Shown: positions 52,827 through 63,408 of the stretch, one piece after another
How the letters are laid out: each line of letters begins with the position of its first letter
Numbering within the stretch: position 1 is the stretch's first letter
IMG/VR virus record: IMGVR_UViG_3300009609_000001
Span: 1 to 64,000 of that record
Reading direction: 5' to 3' (one strand)
Origin: a virus
Length of the DNA: 64,000 nucleotides
Made by a program: the position numbers and the translations under genes
The notes under the pieces: generated by a model
The model's input: only the letters and a program-made list of their open reading frames with translations
What the model was told of the DNA's origin: nothing
Databases searched by the model: none

Positions 52827-55800
52827 AGCGCTGTTTCCTTCCGTTGCTGATGCCGCACAAGCCAGTCCCGCATGATCTCCGGGCTGCCCCAACATCCTGC
52901 CGGCGCGTGCGAATCGAACCACAGCAAGATTTCGCGCAGCCGCACGAGGTTGTCGTTGTCCGCGCGAATCACGGCCAAGCGAAGATCGTTGATAATCACC
53001 GCACGCAGGAAGCTGCCGGGCTGGATGCCATGCTCGATGTAGAGTTTCATCCCGTCGCGTAAGAGCGGCGGGAGCTTGTCGTAAGGCAGGCTCATGGTGT
53101 CCATTTCAATTCATCCTCGCGCTCAATCTCTCAATCCCCTGCTCGAGCGCATCGGCCGCGATCCGGTAGGCATCGATGATCGGCGCTCCGTTGGACTTCA
53201 GTTCACACCGCGAGACAGGCTTGCCGTCCGCTCCAGACTCTTGCTCGATCACCACCAGCACAATGCACACACCCGCTGCGCTGGCGGCTGTGCCCAGGTC
53301 GTTCAGTGCGAGTTGTACGGTGGCCGGGAGGGTCATTTCGGCAACGTCTCCCGTTCCTCTTTCACAGTCCGAACCATAATCGCCAGCGCCATCAGCCAGT
53401 CGTCGTAAATCGCCGCTGCATCCCAGCCGCTCGCCTGTGGCACGGGTCGCGGCAACAGCGCCCGCAAAAACCCGTCATCCTCATCAGGTGAGACTTCCGG
53501 CCCGTCGTGACGTGCGCGGCGACCGGAGCCCAGTAGCCCGGCGTCGTCCAGGCGTTGGCGGATTAGCTCGTCCGTCGCGGCCAGGAATCGCTCGGCGTCG
53601 TGGGCTTTGTCTTGCCAGCGGGTGCGGTCGGTGGAGGTAATCATGTGGCGGTCTCCTCGCATTTCCACTCGTATACCGGCTCGGTTTTCGTGCCGACCTG
53701 CACTCGCTTGCAAATGGCTCCGTCTTTCGTCGGGAACGCCATAACGCGAAGTCTGTACGCGTACCACTCGTTGTGCGTGCGCTCGCCAGTTGCCGGGTTG
53801 ATGGTCGATGTATTTTCTCCGCTGCAAATCAATGCGTAGGTACGTCGCTCGATTTCGTGGTAATCTTCCGGCGGCTTGTCCTTGTCGGTGTGCCAGCCAC
53901 GCGAAGCCAGATCGCGGAATAGCGGAATCAATTCGTCGAAGCTCTTGACGTAAACCATGATCGCAATGAACGGCTCGCGGCACGCCCACTGAGTTACGGA
54001 AACCTTTGGTTCAAACTGCGGGAACAGGTCGGCCACGGCATGTGCCATGCGCGCCACGTCCGACAGCAACTCGGCTTTGATGCGGAGCGCGTCAAGCTCG
54101 TCGAACTTGGCCTGGATAGCAGGAGGGACGGATTTACTTGCCATCGTTGTTCTCCAATTCCGCCGCCTTGAGCAGCAGTTGCCGTTGTAGGGCTTCGCAG
54201 TCGGTCGCGGCTTGACGTAGTTCGACGATTGCATCCGCATGGCCACGCCTGCGCAAATCGCTTGCCTTGTCGATGCGACTGCGAATGACGACTGCGCCGT
54301 TGCTGAGCGTGCTGAAGTGGACGCGGGTGGTTAGTTTGGTTGCCATGTTTGTTCTAAAAACGCCGCCGCCTTACTCGTGGTTCGTGCCTCACCTTTCGGT
54401 GATTCGGCTAGTTCGGCTTGCGGCTCTTGAGAGCCTATGGGCATTGCGCTTCGGGCTTCAACCTTTTGGGGCGGCGGCGTTGGTTCCTTTCGTTGGGCCT
54501 CCCGCAGAAGCGCCGCGGGTCGCTTGGGTCGTGGTGGCTAGTTCACAGCACACCGCTCATTGGCGAGCTTTACAGCCAGCCTGATTTGAGCGGCCGTCAG
54601 TCCCGCATTGCCGCGGTCAAGAGCGTTCGCAAAGCCAAGTAACTCACCAGCGGCTTGCGGCCATAAGACTTTCCGCTCATGGTCGGTTGATGCCGGGAAG
54701 TCCGGTATCGGCTGTGCAAAAAAATCAGGATTGATAGTTGGTTTTTCTGGCGGCATCAGTGCGTGACCTTTCCGATACAGGCGAGAATCCCGCGGCGCGC
54801 CAGGAATCGTTGCCTGGCCTGCGCCTCTTCAAGCGTCTGGAATTCGTCGATAGTCGCGCTGTCCACGTCGTCCGACCATCGCAGTTGGTAGAAGGGGAAT
54901 TTCATCGTTTCGTTTTCCTTGTCCTTGCCCCGCGGCCATTGCGGGTGCGGGAGGGGGGTTAGGGTGCATCGACGATTCCGCCACTTGCGGCCAAGTCATC
55001 GTAGGATTGCTTGTTAGCTCGGCACTTCCGGCAGAGGGTTTCACCTGCCGAGAACAACTTGAACGGCTCGCTGCATTCGTCGCATTGGGCCATAGGCTGG
55101 CGTGGTGTCAGCCGAACATGCTCGGCAACTTCATCGGGAACCGTGGGGCGGTTGGCTGGCGGTTGGCCACGGGCGCGAGACAGTTCCTTTATGTCCGATT
55201 CGTCCACTGCCGATGCGCGCCATTCGTCCAGTTTGCGGAGCGTCCTTTCTTCGCCACGCTCCAGCAGCAAATGCCACTGATAGGCGTCGGCCGGACTGGC
55301 GTTTCCACCGGCAGCAATGAGAGCGGCAGCCCTCTCTTGGTGCGTCATGCTGTTCCACCACGCCATACCGGCCGCTTCATCGACCACACTTCCGCCAACG
55401 CAAACGTGTTCACGCTGCGGAAGTTCCTCATTCTCCGTGTCTGCCGTGAATTTGCCGCGCGCTACGGACTCTACGATGGCTTCGGCCTGTGCGTTTCCTG
55501 CGTCACGGCACACGTCACACGACCCGTAGCCGATTTGGACCTTGCAGGTACGGCAGTAATCGTCGTCAAAGCATGGGTCATTGTCGGGGTCCGCCTGCGC
55601 GTCCTTGTAGGCCCGGTTGCACGGCTCGCACCAGTCGCCTTCCTTGACGCCGTGCTCGCAGACGCTGCCGCCAATCCAGGAGAACAGCGAGACAACATCG
55701 TCGCCGGATTGTTCCAAGCCAGTGTCGATGTATTCCCAGCGGACGTTCCTGCCTTGTTCGTCTTTGGAGTCGAACCACAGGCCATCTGGCTTGCGGTTCG

Positions 55801-56581
55801 TGTTCCTCTCGGTCTTGTCGAGGTGATAAATGGCTCCGTCCATCGGACCATCGACGCATTGAAGAATCATGTAGTCCGTCCTTCCAGGGCAGCCGCGCCC
55901 ACCGGCAGGCATCGAGAAAGATTTTCGACTTCGATCTCCAACCGCAAGGCATTGATTTCCTGCGCTATGGGAGATGGCGTGAAATAGCCTTCCGGCTTGT
56001 CGATGCCAAGATGTTTGATCGCCCCGCGAAGCGTACTGTGGGCTTGCGAGTGAGCGTCTGGATAAGTCGGAAAGAAACTCGCGTAGCCGTTCTTTCTGGC
56101 CACGGCCACGATGGCGTTCTCCTGCGATGACAGTTCAGGAAAGCACCACTCAAGCCACCATTGCTTTGACATAAAGGTTCTCCAAAAAAGCCTGTCGCCG
56201 GACTTGCCGCACAGGCACTTGGCAAAGCCAAGTCTCGAACGGTTTACGACTGGTAATTCATCGGCCAAGCGAACTCTTTCGCGGCCTCGATGCCGGCTTC
56301 TGCCATGATTGCCTTGAAGGTCATTTCGGCCACCTTGTCCATGTGACAGTCGAGGGCGGCCTTCGCGGCGGCCAGAGCCTCCGGCAGCTTGATCTTGCAC
56401 CACGACCGAATACAGGCGGTGGCGGCTTCGTAATCGAGAACCTTCAGGCCGTTGGCTCGGACGTATTCGGCAGCGGCACGCATGGCGGTCTCTGCGGCAA
56501 GCGTTCCCAGGTTGTCGATGTTCGTTGTCATGTTCTTTTCCCTTTGCGTTTGATTCCCGCAAGTCTTGCTTGCGTGCGTAT

Positions 56582-56609
56582 AGTCTAACAGATTAGATTA
56601 TCGGGTCAA
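56582..56609 (-). promoter_or_regulatory. promoter with internal inverted repeat
   Basis: TTGACC-N16-TAGACT; TCTAA-caga-TTAGA palindrome. Confidence 0.6.
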
Positions 56610-56641
56610 GCCCCCACGGGCATATAATCCAAAATACTTGA

Positions 56642-56920
56642 TTACCGTTTCCGCCGCTTATTCCCGCCGATTCCATCAACGAAATCATCCGGCGGAATCA
56701 GGTCGCGGTAGTCGCTTTTCCCTAGAGCCTTGGCAATCAGGTTCAAGTTCTCGACGCTGGGCGACGTGGTGCCGCCCATGTAATTGAAGATCGTCGCGCG
56801 ACTGATGCCGGTTTGCTTGGCAATCTTCGTTGCGTCATCGCCGATGAGGTACTGCAAATAGAGCGCGAGTTGCCCGGCTGGCGTTTTGTGGTCCGGGTTG
56901 TTAGTGCGTTTGCGGCCCAT
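56642..56920 (-). CDS. XRE-family HTH regulator
   Basis: IAKQTGISRATIFNY..G...PS.E.L..IA.AL. Confidence 0.8.
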   Translation of the reverse strand: MGRKRTNNPDHKTPAGQLALYLQYLIGDDATKIAKQTGISRATIFNYMGGTTSPSVENLNLIAKALGKSDYRDLIPPDDFVDGIGGNKRRKR

Positions 56921-57628
56921 GCGGCTTGCCTTGGTGGGAAGATGGTCCCCCACTCTACGTTCGCAGCCGCGCCGCCGCAACAATTTGTCTGCTCTGACTG
57001 CTTCCATCGCTTTCCTCTTGGCATCTCTCATGGCTTTGTCGCTCACAATTCCCGGCGCAGAAAAACCGATCATCGGGGTATCGGCTTGAAAGTCGAACGC
57101 AGAAGCGTCGCGCCTGCCCAGCGCCTTGCGGAACGCAGCCTGCGCAATGCGGGCATCTCTGCTTTTCCGCCGCAACGTCTCGGGCTTGGGTCGGGTTGTG
57201 CTCATGGTGTTAGCCTCTTGAATTCAAACGCCTGAAAGTCAACCGACATAACTTGTGCGAACGCCTGCACGTCGGCCTTGTCGGCAAACTCGATAATCGC
57301 CGCGTGTCTCAGGAGCATCGGTTCCGGCTCGCCGGTGTCCCGATTCAGCGTGAGCAAGCTGCCGTCGTCAAAACGCCCGATGGACAGGATGCGGAAGTTG
57401 ATCGGTTTCTCTCGCGTGGTGGTCGTGCTCATGGGCTTGTCGCTTTCTCCGCGTCAATCGCGGTCAAACTCTCCACCCCCAGCACGTCGGCCACGTATGC
57501 CTCGTGGGCCAGGTCCATAGCCGTATACGCGCGCCGCTGGCAGACGAGCAGGGCTTCGCGGAACTTGGCGTGCTCGGCCAGGAACGCGGCTCGTGCTTCG
57601 GGGTAGCCGTAGGCTTCGGTGGTGTAGA

Positions 57629-58624
57629 TCATGGCGTCGGCTCCGGTTGGATGGCGGGGAACTCGTCCCACGTGCGACCGTCGAGCAGGCGGCCGGCGGC
57701 TTTTTTGCCAACGCGGAATATCGGACAGCGCTCGTCGTTCGATTCGAGCGGCGGGAACCAGACGCGATCACGCTGATTCGCCGCATGGATTGCGGACACG
57801 CCGCGGCGCTGCGAGTCATCCTGATCCCCTGGTGCCCACTCGCCCCACTGCTTGAAGAAAAACGGCACGCTAGCAGCTTCGCACTGGTCCCGCAGCGAGC
57901 GTGCCCAATCGGGGTGCATCGGGCGTGCGCCGTGGCCCGACTCGCCGCCAACGATTACCCACGAAATTCCGGTCAAATCAATCTCGCCCAAATCCTCAAG
58001 CAGCGGTTCAATCGACAGGAACCGCACAGCGGCAAGCGTATGGCGCAAGTGGTCGATCCGATCGATTCGTTTGCGATCTTCCACGCTCACGCCCAGCCAG
58101 ACGTTCGGCAGTGGCCAGGGTCCGGTATGCACGGCATCGGCGGCAATATCGCCATCCTCCACCATGTTTCCAGCGCAGACGGCAATGGCGAATTTCAGAT
58201 CGACAGGCTCACCAGCGTATTTGCGTTCGCCCTGGAAATACCTTGCCATACGCTCGGCTCTTTTTGTGAGCACCTGAAACGTGTGCTGCGGACAAACGGC
58301 CATCACGCCGAAAACTCGATCGATGAACCAGTCGGGCACATCATCATGGAACAGGTCGCTCATGGAATTGACGAACACCCGCTTTGGCTTTCGCCATTGC
58401 AGCGGAATCGACAGCGCCTCGGCGTTCAAGTTCACCTTGCCGGTCCACAGCACCTTGCCGTTCGTTTTCTTCGTCGTGCCGGAATACTTCGCCTGCCCCA
58501 TCGCCTCAAGGCGGGCCGCGGTGCGCATGGCATAGCAGTTGTGGCAGCCCGGAGAAACGATCGAGCATCCCGCGATTGGATTCCATGTTGCGTCGGTCCA
58601 CTCGATTTGCGAATTAGCTGCCAT
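57629..58624 (-). CDS. phage Gp37/Gp68 (DUF5131) family protein
   Basis: IEWTD.TWNP..GC..VSPGC.NCYA, FVNSMSDLFH, GGESG, FFFKQWG. Confidence 0.92.
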   Translation of the reverse strand: MAANSQIEWTDATWNPIAGCSIVSPGCHNCYAMRTAARLEAMGQAKYSGTTKKTNGKVLWTGKVNLNAEALSIPLQWRKPKRVFVNSMSDLFHDDVPDWFIDRVFGVMAVCPQHTFQVLTKRAERMARYFQGERKYAGEPVDLKFAIAVCAGNMVEDGDIAADAVHTGPWPLPNVWLGVSVEDRKRIDRIDHLRHTLAAVRFLSIEPLLEDLGEIDLTGISWVIVGGESGHGARPMHPDWARSLRDQCEAASVPFFFKQWGEWAPGDQDDSQRRGVSAIHAANQRDRVWFPPLESNDERCPIFRVGKKAAGRLLDGRTWDEFPAIQPEPTP

Positions 58625-58649
58625 CGTGTTCACCCGTTAGGTTCGGCGT

Positions 58650-59522
58650 TCATGGGGACTCGGCGAATAGCGGGTGTCGCGTCTCTGCGTAGCTGGGTCC
58701 GTTCATCAAAAGGACTTCGACGGCTCGCGTGCTATTTTCTCCGCGATTTCCTAGCTGCCCGTGCGCCATCGACTTCGCCACGTCAAACGTCCGTTTCGTC
58801 CATCCGCTGTAAAGACCATCCAACCGCTCGTGGTCGTAATAACTGACGACAACGCGCGCCGCATGGAACCTTTCCAGCAACGCCGCCAGTCGCTCGTGGT
58901 CTGCGTCCGAAAAGTCGTGGACGTAGTTTCCTTTTTTCACCAAATACGGCGGGTCGCAATAAATCGCGGTGTCACCCGCGTCGTCAATCCGCTCAATGAT
59001 TTCAAAGGCATCGCGGCAAAGGATCGTAACGGCCTGAAGGCGCTTGCGCCATGCCGGAATGCTTTGCACTGCGGAATTCCAGCGGACTCCCTCATGCCCG
59101 CCACCAGTTGTGTATCGCACGCCCGGCTTGTGAATCGTGTCGCTCGTGCCGGAAACTCCATTCCTTCCGAACCACGAGACAACAAAATAGTCGAATGCTC
59201 TTTCAAGTGGAGACTCGCATTCGGCCTGAAGGCGCTCCCAAGAATCTGTCAATTGCTGCTCTGAGAACAAAACACGACGCAAGCGCCGGTACAGTTTCGG
59301 ACCATCGGCGCTTTGAATAACGCGAGCCAAATTGACCAAATCGCCATGCAAATCGTTTACTCTCTCGTGCGACGCGCGCGGCTTGTTAAGCAGGACGGAC
59401 ATCGAACCGCAGAATGGCTCCCAGTAGCCGACGTGCGGCCCAAGTTCGGCAACGATGTCAGCCGCGAGATTTCTCTTGCCGCCAAACCACGGTGCCAGGG
59501 CTGTGATAGTCGGTGCATTCAT
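58650..59522 (-). CDS. Dam-like (D12 class) DNA adenine methyltransferase
   Basis: W.GGK, EPF.GS, ND, DPPY. Confidence 0.9.
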   Translation of the reverse strand: MNAPTITALAPWFGGKRNLAADIVAELGPHVGYWEPFCGSMSVLLNKPRASHERVNDLHGDLVNLARVIQSADGPKLYRRLRRVLFSEQQLTDSWERLQAECESPLERAFDYFVVSWFGRNGVSGTSDTIHKPGVRYTTGGGHEGVRWNSAVQSIPAWRKRLQAVTILCRDAFEIIERIDDAGDTAIYCDPPYLVKKGNYVHDFSDADHERLAALLERFHAARVVVSYYDHERLDGLYSGWTKRTFDVAKSMAHGQLGNRGENSTRAVEVLLMNGPSYAETRHPLFAESP

Positions 59523-60164
59523 CGCTTGGCAAACTCCCTCAGCCGCTTAGCAATCTCCGCCTCAGGCATGAGCCACAACGAAGCGCCGACCGCCTCTTGC
59601 AGCAGATCCCGCGCGGCGTCGGTCCCTTGCGGCAGGTTGCGGCTCTCGCGGATGATCTTGCAGCACTTGCCGATGCCGTCGATTTCGACGACCGCGGCGC
59701 AGGCTTGGGCTTCGGTGGGGGTTAGCATGCTTGCGATTCCTTTGCTCGTTGACGCCGCTCTTTCAACCGCTCGCGCATCGCAATCCACCGCTTGGCATCT
59801 TCGCCGGGCCTGTATTCGTCCGTGTCGCTGTCGTACTCGGAATCCTCTGCGATGCACTCGTCGAGATATTCCCGCCAACCTCCCGGCCCCAGGCTGACTT
59901 CGTGCGCCTTGCCGAATTCCTTCCTGTCCACGTCGCACGCCATACAGCACTTCTCGTGGTTGGCTTCGCCCTCGAATACGTCGAAGTGGTCAACGTACTT
60001 TTCTCCTGGCTGGATTCTGCCGCCGCACGAGCTGCACTTATGCTGCTTGCGCGCCGTGCGTTCGGTTTCATTCCAGATGGTGCAGTATTCGTCGAAGTCA
60101 ATCACGCACATGGTTCTCTCCAAAACAAGCCCGGCTTAGATACTCACCACCGGGCGAGGCTTTC

Positions 60165-60383
60165 CTAACCGGCTTCATGCCCGCCGCTCACTCCAGCGGC
60201 TCCGTCCGATGCGTCTCCACACGCAGCGGTCCTGTCGTGATTCAACTCGCGCCGCAAGACGCTCAGGTCTCGCGGGGCTTGAACGCCGATTCGCACCCGG
60301 TCGCCCTGGATGCGCACGACGCAAATCGAAATATGGCTTCCGATGTCGATGAATTCCCCGGTACGACGCGATAAAACTAAGAT
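60165..60383 (-). CDS. csrA: carbon storage regulator CsrA homolog (apparent ATC start; not in ORF track)
   Basis: (I)LVLSRRTGEFIDIGSHISICVVRIQGDRVRIGVQAPRDLSVLRREL; AAGGAGG SD upstream. Confidence 0.85.
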   Translation of the reverse strand: MLVLSRRTGEFIDIGSHISICVVRIQGDRVRIGVQAPRDLSVLRRELNHDRTAACGDASDGAAGVSGGHEAG

Positions 60384-61123
60384 GGGACACCTCCTTGCGA
60401 TGGAAAATTGAGCGATGCAAACTCTCCGTACACCGTGCTGGCGGCAGCGTCATATGCCTTAGCAGCGGCAACCTCATCTGTGAACATTCCCAGGTGGATC
60501 GGCTTCTTGTCCTTGTGCAGACACGCTCGCCACTTGGCGCATTTTGAATTGAAGTGGACGCCCTTGAACTTCGATGTTTTCGCGTCACGTCGCTTGCGAG
60601 TGTTTCGCATCTGCTGAACGCGGGTCGCCCAGCGGCAGTTATCCGGCTCATAATTGCCGTTCACATCCTTACGGTCGATTTCGAGATTCTCCGCGTAGCC
60701 GTTCGCATTGGCCCAATCGCGGAACGCCTCGAAACTAGCCTCCCACTCAGGACAGACACGGATTCCACGCCCACCGTAATACTCGTAAGCCTGCGATGTC
60801 TCGCAATTGCACCTGTTTTTCATGTGGCACCAAATGCCATGCAATCGCGTTTTCGATTCTCCGTGGGTCTGAATATGCGATCCGATCTCAGTCGCCGCAC
60901 ACTCTCTTGAGCAATAAATACGCTCTGCGCTTGGCGAGAATCCAAACTCGCGTCCGCATGCCTTACAGGTTGCCTTAGACGGAGGATGTACACACTTGCG
61001 AGAGCAGTATTTGGCCGTTGCAAGACGCCCAACATGCACCGAGAATGGCGAACCGCACCGCTGGCAGGTTGTCTCAACCTGGGGATTCCGCTTGCGTTCT
61101 GAAAACAGCATTGTCTGTCTCAT
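60377..61123 (-). CDS. HNH-AP2 homing endonuclease with N-terminal Zn ribbons
   Basis: CxxC/YCS..C repeats, YGGRGI, DRKDVNGNYEPDNCRW, SKFKGV..W.A..LG.F..E..AA.AYD. Confidence 0.9.
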   Translation of the reverse strand: MRQTMLFSERKRNPQVETTCQRCGSPFSVHVGRLATAKYCSRKCVHPPSKATCKACGREFGFSPSAERIYCSRECAATEIGSHIQTHGESKTRLHGIWCHMKNRCNCETSQAYEYYGGRGIRVCPEWEASFEAFRDWANANGYAENLEIDRKDVNGNYEPDNCRWATRVQQMRNTRKRRDAKTSKFKGVHFNSKCAKWRACLHKDKKPIHLGMFTDEVAAAKAYDAAASTVYGEFASLNFPSQGGVPS

Positions 61124-61882
61124 GCGGATTCCTCCAACAGCGACCTCTGCACGACGGGCGGCGGCTCAGCGTCGATGTGCATTACGATTCCCGTGATGTA
61201 GCTGGACCACGCCCACCCTCTGACTTGCTTCAGCGACTCAACGAAATTCTCGCGCGGAAATATGGCGGCAAGCGACATTAGCGCGCGAACGACGTTTAGC
61301 ATCGCGCCGGCTTCATCTTGGCATTTCGCTGCCGCTTGCAGTGCTTCAAGTGCGGCGGACGAATCACAGGTCGATTCATTTAGGGCTACGACGGGCGATT
61401 CCTTTTTCAGAGACCAAATTGCGAATAGGCAGTTGAGCGTTGCATATGGGCAGTGGATCGCCGGGCATTCTTCAGCCAGTCGCAGCGAATTGATTGCCAT
61501 TCGGATGCTGCTGTGCGCAGACTTGAGACCGGGCTTTTCGTATTTGCGAGGTCCAATCGCGTCGATGAGAAACGCCGATGGAGATTCTCTGGTGCGAGCA
61601 TCGATAAGCACAAACTCGTTGTCCATCACATGCGACTCGAATGGTTTCCAGTAATCCATCACGCTGCCCCCATCGCCGCGTCCAATCGTTCCCCAATCTC
61701 CACACACTCCGCATCGCCGACCATGAAAAGCTCCCGGCAGGTCGTCGCCGCAGCTTCGCGCATGTGCTCCCGTTCGGCCAGCAACTCGCGGAGCATGGCG
61801 GCGGCTTCGTGGAGGTTTGATCCTGGCACGAATTCGCGCTGCGACCACGAGTTGATTTCGGTTAGGCGTTGGGGGGTCATCG

Positions 61883-62563
61883 TCAGTCCGTGAATTGGAA
61901 TACTTCCTGCTCAAGCCGACGTGCGGCGATTTCGCAATAGCGCTCTTCAATCTCGATTCCAATGGCTTTGCGGCCCAGCAGCTTCGCGGCTTCCAGCGTT
62001 GTCCCGGTGCCAGCCTGCGGATCAATAACGCCGTGGTCGCCATACTGGTTGACCAGCCATTTGACGTGCTCTAGCCGCCGTGGGCTTGGGTGGGGCAGAT
62101 TCTCATAGTCGATGCCGTCCGATGTTCCTTGACCCCTGCCGGTGTGCTGCCGCTTGTTGGAATTGTTCCTTGCCACAATTTCGCCGCTCAACACACGCAA
62201 GCCTTCCCGCGACGGCGGCGGCTCACCGAACACGTAGGCAATGTCTGAGCCAACCAGCACGCGCCCGCGATAGGATGGTCTCGCATACCGCAGCCAGCAC
62301 GCGCGAATGAACGGCAGCGCCGGCGGCACAGCCAAGAGAAATCTGGGGTCGCTCGTGCATCCCATATGGACGACGAGCGTTTTGACGGTCAAGGCATCGC
62401 ACGTCTCGCGAAAAAGCTGCTGCGGGTCGGCAACTCCCGGAAAGACGGAGTTCGGCCATACCGGATCGCAAATGCAAACCGGCGGCTGCTGAATCGACGG
62501 CAGCACCTCACGGCAATCACCGCAATAAATCTCGATGCCGTTCCGTGAGTAGTAAGGGGTCAT
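61883..62563 (-). CDS. N4C/N6A DNA methyltransferase (beta-type order, variant DPVW motif)
   Basis: GDC...L, DPVW, HP, DP.AGTGTT, GIEIEE.YC. Confidence 0.8.
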   Translation of the reverse strand: MTPYYSRNGIEIYCGDCREVLPSIQQPPVCICDPVWPNSVFPGVADPQQLFRETCDALTVKTLVVHMGCTSDPRFLLAVPPALPFIRACWLRYARPSYRGRVLVGSDIAYVFGEPPPSREGLRVLSGEIVARNNSNKRQHTGRGQGTSDGIDYENLPHPSPRRLEHVKWLVNQYGDHGVIDPQAGTGTTLEAAKLLGRKAIGIEIEERYCEIAARRLEQEVFQFTD

Positions 62564-63045
62564 TCGCAGATCCTCACAACAATCGGCTCAGACTCCAGCT
62601 CGTCGACCAGCAGCACCGACAGCGGATAGCCGGTGTCGATGATGCTCAGCACGTCCAGGGCGGGTACGAGCCGCTCGAGCTCGGCGTCTGCCAGGGCGTT
62701 GATGCGGGCGTTGTATTCGGATTCGGTCATCAGTTTCGTCCAGCCCTGCGACTTGCCAGCGAGCATTGCAGGTGCTCAATTGCCCGCTCCATTGCGTACT
62801 CTTGCAATTCAGGTTCGGGGACATTGACCCAGAGCGAACAATCGTCCACGCCTTCACGCTGAATAATTCCGACCGTAACCAGCGCGACGCAGTTATCCGC
62901 CGCTACCTCGTGGGTAACTCCAATCGACTCTTGCACGTCGTCCGGTATGTCGTCCATTTCGTTCATGCGTTTCGCTCCCTCACGCACCCAAGCCAGGTAA
63001 TCGCCGCGACGCAAAGGGCACAGAATCCGATAGCGGAGAGCATGG

Positions 63046-63408
63046 TCATACGACGCACTCCGATAGTAGTTCCCGCAACGTAATCCCCTCCTCGCGCGCC
63101 ATCTTCTCGAAAGCCAGCCGCATCTTTTTCAACGCCCGCAGTTCCGATTTCTGAATTGCTCGCCGGCACACGCCAAAGCGCTGCGCGAGCGATTCGTAGG
63201 TGACGGCGCCGGTTTGCTGGTACGGTCGCTCGACGATCAGCCCCCGCGCGGCCGACGACGAAGCGTGATCGCCGGTCCGCGCGGGTACCCGTTCTTGGCC
63301 GACTTGCTCGTGTTTTGTCGCCGGCAGACGGTGCGCGTCAGGGTTGGGCAGGAAACCTGATTGCGAGCCGCTGCCGGCGGTTGTTGGGGTCGTGGGGACC
63401 ATGCTCAT
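63046..63408 (-). CDS. sigma70 region-4-like HTH protein
   Basis: T...LA..FGV.R..I...E.RALKKMR. Confidence 0.65.
   Translation of the reverse strand: MSMVPTTPTTAGSGSQSGFLPNPDAHRLPATKHEQVGQERVPARTGDHASSSAARGLIVERPYQQTGAVTYESLAQRFGVCRRAIQKSELRALKKMRLAFEKMAREEGITLRELLSECVV

Noticed and set aside
57593-58846. 417-aa plus-strand ORF
   Set aside because: Antisense to the well-supported DUF5131 gene, with no recognisable motifs.
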